This document shows positions 28,530-43,259 of a stretch of 64,000 nucleotides of DNA, piece by piece (position 1 is the stretch's first letter; each line of letters starts with the position of its first letter). The notes beneath the pieces are model-generated. The model saw only the letters and a list, made by a program, of their open reading frames with translations. It searched no databases and was not told the origin of the DNA. The translations under genes and the position numbers were made by a program. The stretch is from the human T2T-CHM13v2.0 reference genome, Homo sapiens. The stretch lies in the NCBI RefSeq assembly GCF_009914755.1, contig NC_060931.1; one strand, given 5' to 3'.

Positions 28530-28860
28530 GACTAGGGAAATCAGAAAATAATCATGATACACATTTTGGATAAAAGATTCAGGTTACAAAACAATATTCA
28601 TAGTGGAATCACCCTCTTGTAAAAAATAATATATCACATGTTCATGCATAAAAAGAGACTATATAAATAGAAAACTGTGCAGTAATTATAGCTTAATGAT
28701 TTTAATTTTGAATTATGAGGTAAAGAAAGACAGCCATGTGATTAACACAAATTTATTAGCTGGAGTGGCATCATTTTCGATTTTTTTTTTGTTTTGAATC
28801 TAGTATTTGATTTTTTGTATTCTCTAAATTTTTCAATTTATTAAAGATGTAACAGGAAAA
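28530..28860 (+). mobile_element. L1ME 3' fragment
   Basis: 'caggttacaaaacaatatt...atgcataaaaagagact'. Confidence 0.45.
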
Positions 28861-28942
28861 AATAATATATTTTAACATGACTTCACAAGAAATTTATAAC
28901 AGAAATAGAATAGAATAGAAATAGAATTTTATAACAGAGAAA

Positions 28943-29104
28943 TTCTTTGTGTTGCTTATAGGAATATCTGAGATTGGTTAATTTCTAAAGAAAAGAGGTT
29001 GAATTTGCTCATGGTTCTGCAGGCTACACAAGCATGTCACTGACATCTGCTTAGCTTCTGGGGAGGCCTCAGGAAGCTTCCAGTGATGGCCTAAGGCAAA
29101 GAGG
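28943..29104 (-). mobile_element. MST LTR fragment
   Basis: 'aaagaaaagaggtt...gctcatggttctgcaggct...cttctggggaggcctcaggaagctt'. Confidence 0.85.
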
Positions 29105-29858
29105 CCATTGCTGAAAAAGGAAGACAAAACTTTATATAACATATGTTCTCAAATAGGTAAAATGCATAGAACATTTTAAAGAAAATATCAAAAAATATTA
29201 ATAAAGGAATTTCATTATATGGGAATACTGTGGGAAGCTTTATTGTATATTTGTACTGTGCATTATTCTGGGAAGCAATGAAAACTCTGAATGACTACTC
29301 AATTTGTAATACAACATTTTATAGTAACACAGAGTTTTATAGTAACAGAGTTTTATAGTAAATCAATTGTATTCAAAATATCATTTTTAAGTAATTTTTA
29401 TTTTTAAATAATTATTTCTTGAAGAAAATAGTTATTTTCCAGCAAACATATTTTAATGCAGAAAGCCAGAAAACATATTTAGTTACATTCTTTATTCCAT
29501 GGCCACTTTGCCTATTTTAAATACATAAGTTTTCTAAGTTTTCTGCTTTTTGCCACCACCACTTTTAGGCACCAAAACCCTGTTGACAGTGTGCACCCAG
29601 TTGCAGAAGCACCCTGTGCTGGCCCAGCCTCATGCAGGGCAGTCGAAGCTAGAGAGCTCCTTCTTTTGCCATCCCAAAGCCCAGGGTGCTCATGGAAGTT
29701 GCTGCCCAGAGGTGTGTTGACTTCCTCTGTTTCTCCTATGCATTCTGAGGTGGCTCAGAAATAAAACGCAGTCTTCATAGTCTGTACAGGCCTCTCCTCT
29801 AGAGAGGAGTTCTGCAGTATGTTCTTGCAGAACGTACCTTGAGTTCTGCAGTACGTTC

Positions 29859-29893
29859 TGAATGAATGAATGAATGAATGAATGATGGATGAA
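29859..29893. repeat. (TGAA)n repeat
   Basis: Directly visible. Confidence 0.85.
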
Positions 29894-30134
29894 CAAGTAG
29901 ACTTTCAGATAAATTTTTTCACTTAATCAGGTAGGAAGCATAAGACTCCTAAATGAAAAAAACAAACAAGGTAACACGTCTAGAAAGAAGGAATTGATGA
30001 ATGTTTTCCAGCCCTGGTAGCCTTCCTAGAAGCATGTCTTTCCCTGTAGCTCATCCGCTTCCCTGGATATAGGACCCTGGCTGTAACAGCTACCCTGTCC
30101 CTACAGGTCCCATAGTGGCAGACAATGTCTTTAA

Positions 30135-30504
<370 letters not shown>

Positions 30505-32832
30505 TATGCAGAAGATCTTAAAAGAAACTGTAAAAATTAGGCAACTAGAAAATTTGTTTACATGTTAAAGCCTTTTTTAAAAATATGAATAAGAGTCATT
30601 ATAAGAGACCAATCAAATGCAAAGATGACAGGCTATGCTTCTAGACCTTAACATGCTGTTTGTCAATTTAATTGCAAAACTCTGTCAAATAACTTTAGTC
30701 TGTGTTCCATGACTGCAGGGTATTTCTGGAAAGTAATGACTTCATAGAACATGCTGTCATGTTGTATGTCTTTCACAGAAGTTAACAAAGAAGAAAAAGA
30801 TAAGTACCTATATAAATTATTGTATCTCACTCTAAGCTAGCCAGCAGAGAATAAAATATAAATCGGATTTTTAAAACAGCAGAGTAGAATAGTGTATTTT
30901 AGAGAAGTCCAATGCAGGACTTCCAATGAGAAGTGTAATAATATTTCTGTCAATTAGTTACAACTTGAAACCAAAACATGCTCCATTAGGTTAACTGTAA
31001 TGTTGTAAAAAAAATCTTATGCTTCAACATTAAACTAAAATACCTCGAAATTGATGGTGACTTTATACAATTCACAGATAACTTTAAATGTGACTGGGTA
31101 AGCTGCCATCTGAGAAAGAAAATAAATCATCAAAATGTTAGCAAATCAGTTAATCTTTTAGATAATGATCAATCTAATTCAAATTGTGGTGCTAATTACC
31201 ATTATAACTACTCTCTCTAGGGAGTTTCCTGGTAATTGCAAATAAGCTCCAGTTTGCTGTTAACTAGAAAAAATGTTTTCAGAATCAGAATTATAAAAGT
31301 AGCAAATTAATATAACACGCTTACTTGGCTAGTGAAATTTTACACTGATCCAGAAAAACTGGAAGTGTGAAGATACCTTATAAATGTACTGTTATATTAG
31401 AATTCACTCATTTTTCAGGGAATGAAGGAAGAAATAGAAAGATTATACCAAAGGTTACACAGCCAGAACCTAGAAAACTGGAATAAATTGTGGGTCTCCT
31501 TACCCTTCATTCTGTAACTGCAAAAAAACAAATTAAGAGTGGTATTACCCTTATGCTGTCAGAATTGCTTCCAAGATGGTTATTACATTTGGCTAGAGTT
31601 GCATAGAAATGTAAATCAAATCAGATGACAAAGTTGTAGTAATAGTCAGTTTTTAGTAATAGTAAAAGAGGTTGATGATGATCCCTCAGAATATTATCCC
31701 AAACAATCTTCAGCTCTCAACTTTTCTGTCTTTAAGAACATCAACCAGGAAAACAGCATTTGTAGGGCTCGTGTGTAGTGAGTGCCTTAGACATTTAAAA
31801 TGCTTGATAGACATTTATTTTTGCATTGTCGATGTAAATACCTGAACTATTTTAATTTGAAAATTTCAGAAAGAAAATATATGAAACCGCAATAACATAG
31901 TCACTCCTCTTTTTCAACACCACTTTATTCATTCTATCAACAATTTTCTGTTTCATATTTTATTGAATTCAACAATTGTATACATTTATATTTTCAATCA
32001 TTTCATTAACATCTTCTGTTTTGTCTTCTCTTAGTATCTCATTTTTTACAGTAAATAGTTATAACTACTTGCTACTTAAAATTGAGTCATTTTCAATTTA
32101 TCTTTGCTTCTAATATTATTAACATAATATTTTCTCATGATAAATTTCTCAAAGAAACATATTTGTGAAGGAAATAAACTCTATTACAGCTCTTAAATAT
32201 ATTTTACTTTTTTACAAAAAGATTTCTACCAATTTGATTGCCACCACTAATTTCTAAATGTAATGCATAGCTTATGAGTTTTACTATATCTTACAGAAGT
32301 GGCATTTTATCATTTTAAGAACTTTTACTAACATGTAGAAATAGTGGTGCCTTATAATAAATCACTTTATTCATTTTCAATAACTTTAATCTAAAAAAGA
32401 GATATTTAAATTCTAGAGAGGTAGTATTTTCTCAACAAGTTAATGGTTTCCAGTAAGACTTCTCTCAGATTCCTACTAAAATATCTATAATAGCAGACAA
32501 ATCTGACGATTGACAATGAAACAAGCATGCAGTCAACATGTCATCAAAATTGGAGAGAACTGTCTTCCTTCCAAAGGCTGATAGGGTTCCATTTAGACAT
32601 GCCATTGGCAGTGAAAATAAGCTTCCCTCTATGAAACAGAAAGGTGGCAGAGGTTTCCTTTCTCTTTTTAAATAATTGCTTTTTATTTATGTTTAATTTT
32701 TGGAGGTATAAGGAATACACAGCAAAGTCCACAGGACATCCATGTAACCCCATGGAGCTTAGAAAATCCTTACCTTCAATACCTTAGATGGTCTCTTACA
32801 CATCTGACATTCACTAATCCTGCCTTAATATT

Positions 32833-33187
32833 TGTATTAGTCAGGGTTCTCTAGAGGAACAGTACTAATAGGATACATATGGATACAGAGATAGAGATTT
32901 ATCATGAGGAATTGGCTGTCATGATTATGGAGGCTGAGAAGTCCTGCAACCTGCTGTCTGCAAGCCCTGGAAGCCAGCCATATATTTCAGGAGAAGCCCA
33001 CAGGTCTGAGAACCAGGGGAGCCACTGGTATAAGTCCTGGTCTGTGTTCGAAGGCCCAAGAACCAGGGGCACTGATGTGGGAGGGCAGAAGGTGGACGTC
33101 TCAGCTTAAGCAATAAGAGTAAATTCACCCTACCACCACATTTTGTTCTATTTAGGCCTTCATCAGATTAGATGATAACCAAATGCC
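32833..33187 (-). mobile_element. MLT2B-type ERVL LTR
   Basis: 'tgtattagtcagggttctctagaggaacag', 'ggaattggct...gattatggaggctgagaagtcc', 'ctgtctgcaagc'. Confidence 0.88.
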
Positions 33188-33229
33188 TGTTTCTAGACCT
33201 CGCCTTATAAAACAACCTATGTTCTTTTG

Positions 33230-33735
33230 TACTAATCATTCCTTGATGCTGTGAATTATTTTGTGACTTCATCTGTGCCTTTGCAAGTAACGGTATGTGT
33301 ATTTTTTCATTGGCAGTTACCGTATTTCCTTGTGTTCTTATAACTAATTTTTCCTTTCTAACCATGATCCATATTTTAAGTGTTTCTAGTTTTGGGATAT
33401 TATAAATAAAGACAACAGTGACATGAGCAATATAGTGTGTCATTTTTGCAAATGCTCATTTCTTTCATGTGTGCTATAGGACTAAGATGTAATTGCTGGG
33501 TTAAAGATTATACACATATTTAATCTGTTTTCCAAAATGTTTATACCAATTTGTATTCCAACCAGCAATGCACGATAATTTCTACTGCTTGAAATATTTG
33601 TCAGTATATACTAATGTTAGAATTTATTGCTGGTTTTCGTATTTCTGCTAAGTGTATAGTAGTATCTTATTTTGGTTATTCCTAATGAATAATGATATTA
33701 AGCTGCTTTATAAATATTTATTGAACTCCTGGGTT
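33230..33735 (-). mobile_element. L1ME fragment
   Basis: 'gtttctagttttgggatattataaataaa', 'aattgctgggttaaag', 'ttataccaatttgtattccaaccagcaatg'. Confidence 0.6.
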
Positions 33736-34272
33736 TGTATTAATTATCTATTGGTGCCTAATACCTCACCCAACATTTTCTGGCTTGCAACAACATACAC
33801 CTGTCACCTTGCAGTTCCTTGGGTCAGTGGGTCAGGAGTCTGAGCACAGCTTAGCAAGTGTCTTTGCAGGGTATTTCACAAAGCCATGATCAGTGTGTCC
33901 ACTGGGGTTGTAATTTTCTCCAGGCCCAGCAGTGGGGAGATCCGATTCCAGGTCCCTTAAAATTGTGATTGGAAGACCTCGGGTCTCGCTGACAGTTACC
34001 CTGTGGGCTCCCCACAGTGCCCTTCAGGACACATACATGTTGCTTCCCTCAGAATGAGCTGACAAAGAGTGAGAGCAGGTGCCCATGCTGGAAGCTACAG
34101 TCTGCTTAAAACCTAATCTTGGAAATGATTTTTCTTCACTTTTGCTCTGTTCTATAGTCAGAATCTAATTAGTATCCATGTTCAGGCTAAACTCAAGAGG
34201 AGGGAATTGGTCAGCGTGTGACTACCTGGAGGTAGGTATCATTGGAAGCCAATTTGGAAGCTGCCTACCACA
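33736..34272 (-). mobile_element. MLT1F-type MaLR LTR
   Basis: 'tgtattaattatctattg', 'gggtcaggagtctgagcacagcttagc', ends 'gaagctgcctaccaca'. Confidence 0.85.
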
Positions 34273-34551
34273 GAAGGTACCTACTTTGAAAAGCGCCTGT
34301 TCGTGTCATAATGTTTTGCTTTTGCGTTGTCTGGTAGCTTGTTATTCTGATTTTAAGGTGGTTTATTTCTTATTTTAATTTAAATTAAATTAAATTTTAA
34401 TTTTAATTAATTAAAATTTTTTAAAATTTTAAGGTGGTTTATTTTAATCAAATTTCACTTATGATTTACACTTCTTTTATGTTACAATACCTTTCTCAGC
34501 CTGACATGACACAGGATTTTTTTTCTTTAATGTCTCTTAGAAGGACTATTG

Positions 34552-35042
34552 TTTTATTTTTATTTATTAATTTCTCATAATTTCCACTTCTATTTTAAAT
34601 TCAGTGGGTGCATGTTCAGCTTTGTTACCTGGATATATTGTGTGATGCTGAGGTTTGGGGTACAATTGGTCCCATCATCCAGGAAGTAAGCATAGTACTT
34701 GAGTTAGTTTTTCAACCCTTACCCTGCTCTCTCCCTCCTGTCTTTCATAGTCCCTGGTATCTATTGTTTCCATCTTTGTGTTCATGAGTACCCAATGTTT
34801 AGCTCTCACTTCTAAGTGTGCACATGCATTATTTGGTTTTCTGTTGCTGTGTTAATTTACTTAGGATAATGGCCTCCACCTGCATCCATGTTGCTGCAAG
34901 AAACATGATTATTTTCTTTTTTATGGCTGTGTAGTATTCCACGATAAATATGCACCACATTTTCTTCTTCTTATCCACCATTGATGGGCGCTTAGGTTAA
35001 CTCCATGTCTTTGCTATTATGATAAGTGCTGCCATGAACATA
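34552..35042 (-). mobile_element. L1PA15/16-like 3' end, 5'-truncated
   Basis: 'tgatgctgaggtttgggg', 'ttaggataatggcctcca'; degenerate TSD gaaggactattgtttt / gaagcactatgatttt. Confidence 0.85.
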
Positions 35043-35419
35043 GGAAGCACTATGATTTTAAATTTTATCTTTTACAAGTTAAGATCAACAATCATCCTGG
35101 AATTTATTCTTGCATATGAGATCAAGCAGTGCTTTTAATTGATTTTTTAAAACATGGATTACTTTTCTTTTGCCTGAAGAAAACCTTTGAATACTTGTTG
35201 GCACAGGGTTATTGTCACTATTTTTTTTCTTTTCAGCTTCATCCATAACATACATTTATAATTGATAAGGAATAATAGGTTTGCCAGCATTTTCTTTCAA
35301 AGTTGATAATGCATACCATTGGTTTTGGCTGTTATTTAATTTGTTTTTTTTGAAAAGTCAGTTGTCTTTTGAAGGTAATCTGTCTTCTACCTCTGAATGC
35401 TTATTAATTTTTCTCATAA

Positions 35420-37729
35420 TGATACGTTTTGGCTGTGTCCCCACCCAAATCTCATCTTGAATTCCCATGTGTTGTGGGAGGGACCCAGTAGGGGTTAATT
35501 GATTCATGGGGGCATGTCTTTCCCCTGATGTTCTTGTGATAAGCGAATAAGTCTCATGAGATCTGAAGATATCATAGGGGGAGTTTCCCTGCCCAATCTT
35601 TCTTTTTGCCTGCTGCCATCCATGTAAGGCTTGACTTGCTTCTCCTTGCCTTCCGTCAAGATTGTGAGGCTTCCCCAGCCACGTGGAAATGTAAGTCCAA
35701 TTAAACCTCTTTCATTTGTAAATTGCCCGGTCTTAGGTTTGTCTTTATTAGCAGCGTGAAAACAGACTAACCCAATAAATGGGTACCAGTAGAGTGGGGC
35801 GCTGCTGAAAAGTTACCTGAAAATGTGGAAGCTTCTTTGGAACTGGATAATAGGCAGAGGTTGGAACAGTTTGGCGGATTCTGAAGAAGACAGGAAAATG
35901 TGGGAATGTTTGGAACTTTAGTGTTTTTGGAACTCTAGAAGTTTGGAACTTCCTAGAGACTTGTTGAATAGTTTTGCCCAAAATGCTGATAGCAATATTA
36001 ACAATAAAGTCCAGGATGAGATGGTCTCAGATGAAAATGAGGAACTTGTTGGGAACTGGAGTAAAGGTGATTCTTGCTATATTTTAGCAAAGAGACTGGA
36101 GGCCTTTTTCCCAGGTCCTAGAGATTTGTGGGACTTCGAACTTGAGACAGTTGATTTAGGATATCTGGTGGAAGAAATTTCTAAGCAGCAAAACATTCAA
36201 GAGGAGACTTAGGTGCTGTTAAAGGCATGCCATTTTATAAGGGAAGCAGAGCATAAGGGTTTGGAAAATTTGCAGCCTGACAATATGATAGAAAAGAAAA
36301 TTCTATTTTCTCAGGAGAAATTTAAGCTGGCTGCAGAAATTCGTATAAGTAATGAGAAGCCAAATGTTAATTTCCAAGACAATAGATAAAATGTCTCCGG
36401 GGCATGTCAGAGGTCTTTGAGGCAGCCCCTCTCATCACAGGCCTAGAGGTGTAGCAGGAAAAAATGGTTTCATGTGCCAGGCCCAGGGTCCCTGTGCTGT
36501 GTGCAGCCTAGGGACTTAGTGTTCTGTGTTCCAGTTGCTCCAGCCATGAATAAAAGGGTCCAAGGTATAGCTCAGGCCAAGGCTTCAGGTGCAAGCCCCA
36601 AGCCTTGGCAGCTTCCATGTGGTGTTGAGGCTGTGGATACGCAGAAGTCAAGAACTGAGCTTTGGGAACCTCTGCCTAGATTTCAGAAGATGTCATGGAA
36701 TTGCCTTGGTGTCCAGGCAAAAGTTTGTTGCAGGGGTAGAGCTCTCATGGCGAACCTCTGCTAGGGCAGTGCAGAAGGGAAATGTGGGGTTGGAGCACCC
36801 ACACAGAGTCCCTACTGGGGCACTGCCTAGTGGAGCTATGAGAAGAAGGCCACTGTCCTTCAGACCCCAGAATGGTAAATCGGCCAACGGCATGCACTGT
36901 GCACCTGGAAAAGCCATAGACACTCAACGCCAGCCTGTGAGATCAGCCGGGAGAAAGTCTGTACCCTACAAAGCCACAGGGGCAGAGCTGCCCAAGACTA
37001 TGGGAACCCAGTTTTTGCATCAGCATGACCTGGATGTGAGACATGGAATCAAAGAAGATCATTCTGGAGCTTTAAGATTTGACTGTCCCACTGGATTTTG
37101 GACTTGCATAGGGCCTAAACCCCCTTTGTTTTGGCCAATTTCTCCCATTTGAAATGGCTGTATTTACCCAATGCCTGTACACTCATTGTATCTAGGAAGT
37201 AACTAACTTGCTTTTGATTTTACAGGCTCATAAGTGGAAGGGACTTGTCTTGTCTCAGAAGAGACATAGAACTGTGGACTTAATGCTGAAATGAGTTGAA
37301 AGACTTTGGGGGACTGTTGGGAAGGCCTGATTGGTTTTGAAATGTGAGGACATGGAATTAGAGAGGGGCCAGGGGCAGAATGATACGGTTTAGCTGTGTC
37401 TCCACCTAAATCTTAACTTGAATTTTACCTCCCAGAATTCCCACGTGTTGTGGGAGGGACTCAATGGGAGGTAATTGAATCATGGTGGCTGGTCTTTCCC
37501 ATGCTATTCTTATGATAGTGAATGAGTCTCACAAGATCTGATGGGTTTATCGGGGGTTTTGCTTTTACTTCCTCCTCATTCTTGCTGCTACCATGTAAGA
37601 AGTGCCTTTCACCCTCTGCCATGATTGTGAGACCTCCCCCAGCCATGTGGAACTGTAAGTCAAATTGAACCTCCTTTCTTCCCTGTCTCAGGTATGTCTT
37701 TATCAGCAACATGAAAACGAACTAATACA
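35420..37729 (+). mobile_element. Full-length THE1 MaLR: 5' LTR 35420-35774, internal 35775-37380, 3' LTR 37381-37729
   Basis: Both LTRs start 'tgatacg'; internal starts 'taaatgggtaccagtagagtgggg'; polypurine tract 'agaggggccaggggcagaa' precedes the 3' LTR. Confidence 0.95.
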
Positions 37730-38690
37730 CATGCTCTTTGTCTTTTAGCTATATCATTTTTATGTGGCTAGGTTTCTGTTTGTTTGGGTATGTCCTGCTT
37801 ATGGTTCATAATGCATCTTCTATTTTGGCTTGATGTCCTTTGTCAATTTTGGGAAATCCTCGCTATGATATCTTCAAATATTGTCACTGCATTATCTTCC
37901 CCTTTCCAGCTGAGATTCTACTAATGGCATTCTTCTTGTAGCAACCCTGTAATCTTATAGTTTACATTTTACACCTTAATTTCTTCTCCTCACATTTCAC
38001 AGAGTATTATTTCTACTCCTCATTTCAGTATACCATTGTCTTAATTTGTATGTTTAACCAGCTGTTAAATCCTTCCATTGATTCCTTAACTTCAGTTACT
38101 TTAATTTTTCATTTTAGAATTTTGATTTTTTTCAGTATTCTCCTGAAATTCCAACTTTTTTCTTTATTTTTCTTTTATATCTTTACTTCGTTATATTAAA
38201 GTTTGCATTTGAAAACTTCATTATCTGGATTTTTGTTGGTCTATTTCTATTATCTAATTTATCCTCTTATAACTTATTATAAATTCCTATCCATTATGTG
38301 CCTGGCTGTATCTGGTCTAATCCTTATTGATGATGTAGCCTTTCACGTCTCAGTCCCCAAAATATATGGGTGAACAGTCCTTCCTCAGATTGGTGGGTTC
38401 TAGGATTTCAATTTGTGTTTGTCTACACTTGTCAAAACTTCCAAAACTTGCTCAGATTTTCAGCTTGTAATTTCTTAAATCAACATCTAAATTTGGGATC
38501 CCAAATGCCCAGCTCACCAAAGACGTTTTCTTTCCTGGATCTTGACTGTGTAATTCTTCACTTCCTTTAAGCTCTCTCATTATTTCAGAAGCAGTTATTT
38601 AGTTGTTTTTGGCTTTTGAAGTTTTTCTTATAGGCCTGGTTGGTCTGAATTACCTAGTCTTCTATCACCAAAGGGGGAACTCACAGGTAT
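37730..38690 (-). mobile_element. Old L1M 5' region (continues 35045-35419 across THE1)
   Basis: 'tttgtcaattttgggaaatcctcgctatgatatcttcaaatatt', 'ctgttaaatccttccattga', 'ttttcattttagaatt'. Confidence 0.6.
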
Positions 38691-38899
38691 TGTGTTGTGA
38701 ATACATGAGGAATATGTGAATAGATCCCTGTCACAATAAATCAAACATTGTTAGAGAAGACAAAGTCCTTTTCTGCAGCACTTCCAATTCCTTTCCTCTC
38801 ACTTATGTTAGAACTGTAATTATAATTGTAAATCTTGGTAGGAATCTTTCTAGACCTACATACCAAGGAGTTTACCTAATAGTTCCTTTTAAATACTTG

Positions 38900-39380
38900 G
38901 AATTTGAACTTGTGTTACATAAATTGTATCATTGAGCTCAAATTATCATGAGACTCTCCAATACCATATCTTGAAACTCATTATTTCACACGTAGAGAGC
39001 TATTTTATGTTTCCTAAGTGGCAGCCTAGTGTTTTATTTTGTTTATAAACATAATTTCTATGTCATTACTCTATTAATTGACATTTAATTTATTTCTGAT
39101 GTATGAATGTTAAAAACAATGCTATACTGAACATCTCTACATGTATATCTTCATGGCATGTGGGAGTGATTCTCCACATCATGTATTGAGATGTGAAATC
39201 ACTCCCTGATGAGATATGTGCATTTTAAATATCATAAATAAATTGATCTTCCAATATATAGGCATCAATTTTTACTGCTACCAGTAGAGCATGAGAGAAG
39301 TCATTCGTTTCTCACATATGATACTGTCAAATGTTTTTATTTTTGATGACATGATGAGTGTTTGAATTTGCTGTTTCAAT
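38900..39380 (-). mobile_element. L1ME fragment
   Basis: 'aaaacaatgctatactgaacatc', 'tgtgcattttaaa', 'ccagtagagcatgagag'. Confidence 0.5.
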
Positions 39381-40616
39381 CAGAAAGCGCTTAAAACTAC
39401 AAAAGTTTATTTCTTGCATGTACAGTTACTTTCAGGTTTGGGTGATTTTCACAGCGTTTTTTCTCCATGCAAAGACTCCAGTTTTCCCTTTATACCAGTA
39501 TGTGCTTCCATACTCTCTACCAACAGGGAGTTGAGAGCTGGAGAATCAAACAATGGGAATGAAATGCTTCTGCTGAAAGCAACAAGTTCTACTAGCTAAT
39601 GTAAGTAATGTGCCCAAAATGAAATTTAAAAGAAATGGAAAATAGAAGACTTCTGGGTGCCTAGAAAGAAGAACATAAAGGAATGATGTATCCAGAAAAA
39701 AGAATTAGATCTAGATAGATATGTAGTGCTCAGGAATAAAAAAATGTAAGAAGCCTCGCATACTCCAAAGTGGGAAGGACATATAAAGCACACACATTGA
39801 CTACAATATTTTGTCAAGAAGTAAACTTAGAGAACTTTCTTTGCTGTGTAGAAATATACCTAATATAATATTTGCCATTTTAGCCATTTTTTTGTGTACA
39901 GTTCATTGTCATTAAATATGCTCACATTGCTATGCAACATTATCATCATCCATCTCCAGAAATTTCTCATCTTCCCAAACTAAAACTCTGAAACCATTCA
40001 ACAATAATTCACCATTACCTGTCTTCCCAATACCTGGCAACCATATTCTAAGGTCTGTCTCTATGAATTTGACTATTTTAGGTACCTCATATAAATGAAA
40101 TTATATAATATTTGTTCTTTTTGTCTGGCTTGCTTCACTTAGTGTATTAACTTCGAGTATGTGTCAAAATCCTCTTCCTTTTTTAAGGCTGATTGATACT
40201 CCACTGTATCTATCTATCACATTCTGTGTATCCATTCTTCTATTGATGGACATTTGAGTTTGCATCTTTTGGCTATTTTGAATAATCTTGCTATGAACAA
40301 CATGGGGGTACAAATATCTGTCCAAGTTCCTTCTTTCGATTTTTTGGGGAACATGCATATAATTTTCCATAAAGGCTGCATATAATTTTCCATAAAGGCT
40401 GCACCATTTTACATTCCCACTGACAATGTACAGGGTTTTATCTTCTCCTTAACTGTGCCAATACTTGATATTTTTGTTTTCATTATACTCATCTTAATGG
40501 GTGTGAAGTGCTATCTCGTTGTGGTGTTGACTTGCATTGTCCTAATGATTAGTTGAACATCTTTTTATGTGCTTGTTGGTTATCTGTAAGTCTTTTTGGA
40601 AGAAATATCTAGTCCA

Positions 40617-41800
<1,184 letters not shown>

Positions 41801-43259
41801 AATAAGTGTGTAGTCCAGTTATCTGTTCATTTTTGATTGGGTTTATGTTTATTGTTGAGTTGTTATGAGAAAGTTTGAAATTGTATCTCAAAAATTATCT
41901 ATTCCACTGAGTTGCCAATCAGTTAGACATGATTAAATTGTCAGGAAAATTATTGAGCAGATATTTTTTCCAGAATCCTACATACAAAATTATTTTTTTT
42001 GGGATACTGGAATCTCACTATTTATTCCTTGAAGATTTTTTTCTTCTATTTATTTTATTCAAACATCTATGAGTTTTAGTGGTTCAGAAGTGTTTTGTTA
42101 TGAAGTCAATATAGTTAATCATTCTGTTAGTATACAATTTATGTTTTCTGACATAAGGAATATTATACATTGGAAATGTGGATATGCTAATGACAAAATT
42201 GGTCTCCTCCTTTTTCATGTGTTCCTTCTTCAAAAACTTAGAATTTTATGTGAACCCAGAAAATACAGATAACTGGTTACACCGAGATGCAAACTGTAAA
42301 AAACGGCTGAGGGAATTTTCGGCTGCTTGCAGTCACATCTCCTACACACCACTGGTTTAGCAACTTTCCTCTTTAAGGTCATACTTGACAGAAACAAGAG
42401 AAAAATGTTTTGCACGATTCTCAGGCCACGTAGGCTGCTGGAGAGAATTTCTTTACTATTGGTGTTAAAGCCAAGGAAATCAACATCTATTTTCTTGTGA
42501 CTCTTTTTATTCAGGCATGGACAGCGAAGGGGCACTGAAATTAAATTATTCAGCTAACAAATTCACTGTTCCTGGTGCAATTGGGTCTGTACACTCATGC
42601 TGTTTATTGAGGCATACGGTTTGATGGGGAAGGGAGTTATGAAATAAACACACATATACACAAGTAATTCCAAATATTGATAGATAGCAGGCCTATGTTA
42701 GAGCGAGTGGTCAGGTGCTGCTTCATGTTCAGTGGAGACACCAGCCTGTCCAGAGATAGGGAAAGGGCTGGGGACAAAAATCATATTATTAAGCCTATAG
42801 GATGGGGGTTGCTCCCTAAAGCATGTTAAAATAATAGGGTAAAGTCCAATTTATTAGACTTGTTAGCAGATATTTATTGGTAACACCATGATGTCGATTA
42901 CTTAGACCAAAACATCATAAATCTGAGCAACGGACTAGTTCTCTTTAACCATCTCCAATCTCCCTCCCCCTACCAATGGGAGTGACACAGCATGTAGAAA
43001 GTTAGAAGCATAATTAATATATCATGGTGTGACTATCCAAGCACACTTGTTTTTCATTTTCTGTAGCCCCTTTTCTCCCAAAGGAATATTTCAACACAGA
43101 AAACTTTTGAGAGCTACATTAATAAGTTATGGATGTGTTGATGATTATCATTTTCTAAAAAGTGTTCAGATGTCATCCTGGCAGGAAACACTTATTCTGT
43201 CTTCTGAGATAAATTTTCCACCAAAAATATACACTTCCGTGTGAGTACCATACTAAACA

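Noticed and set aside
29317-29362. Short tandem duplications (also 34352-34444, 35909-35950, 40354-40399, 51138-51177)
   Set aside because: Ordinary slippage products with no sign of function.
35943-37152. 187-aa and neighbouring ORFs as a novel protein
   Set aside because: They lie within the THE1 internal region, and the frame is broken by stops and shifts.
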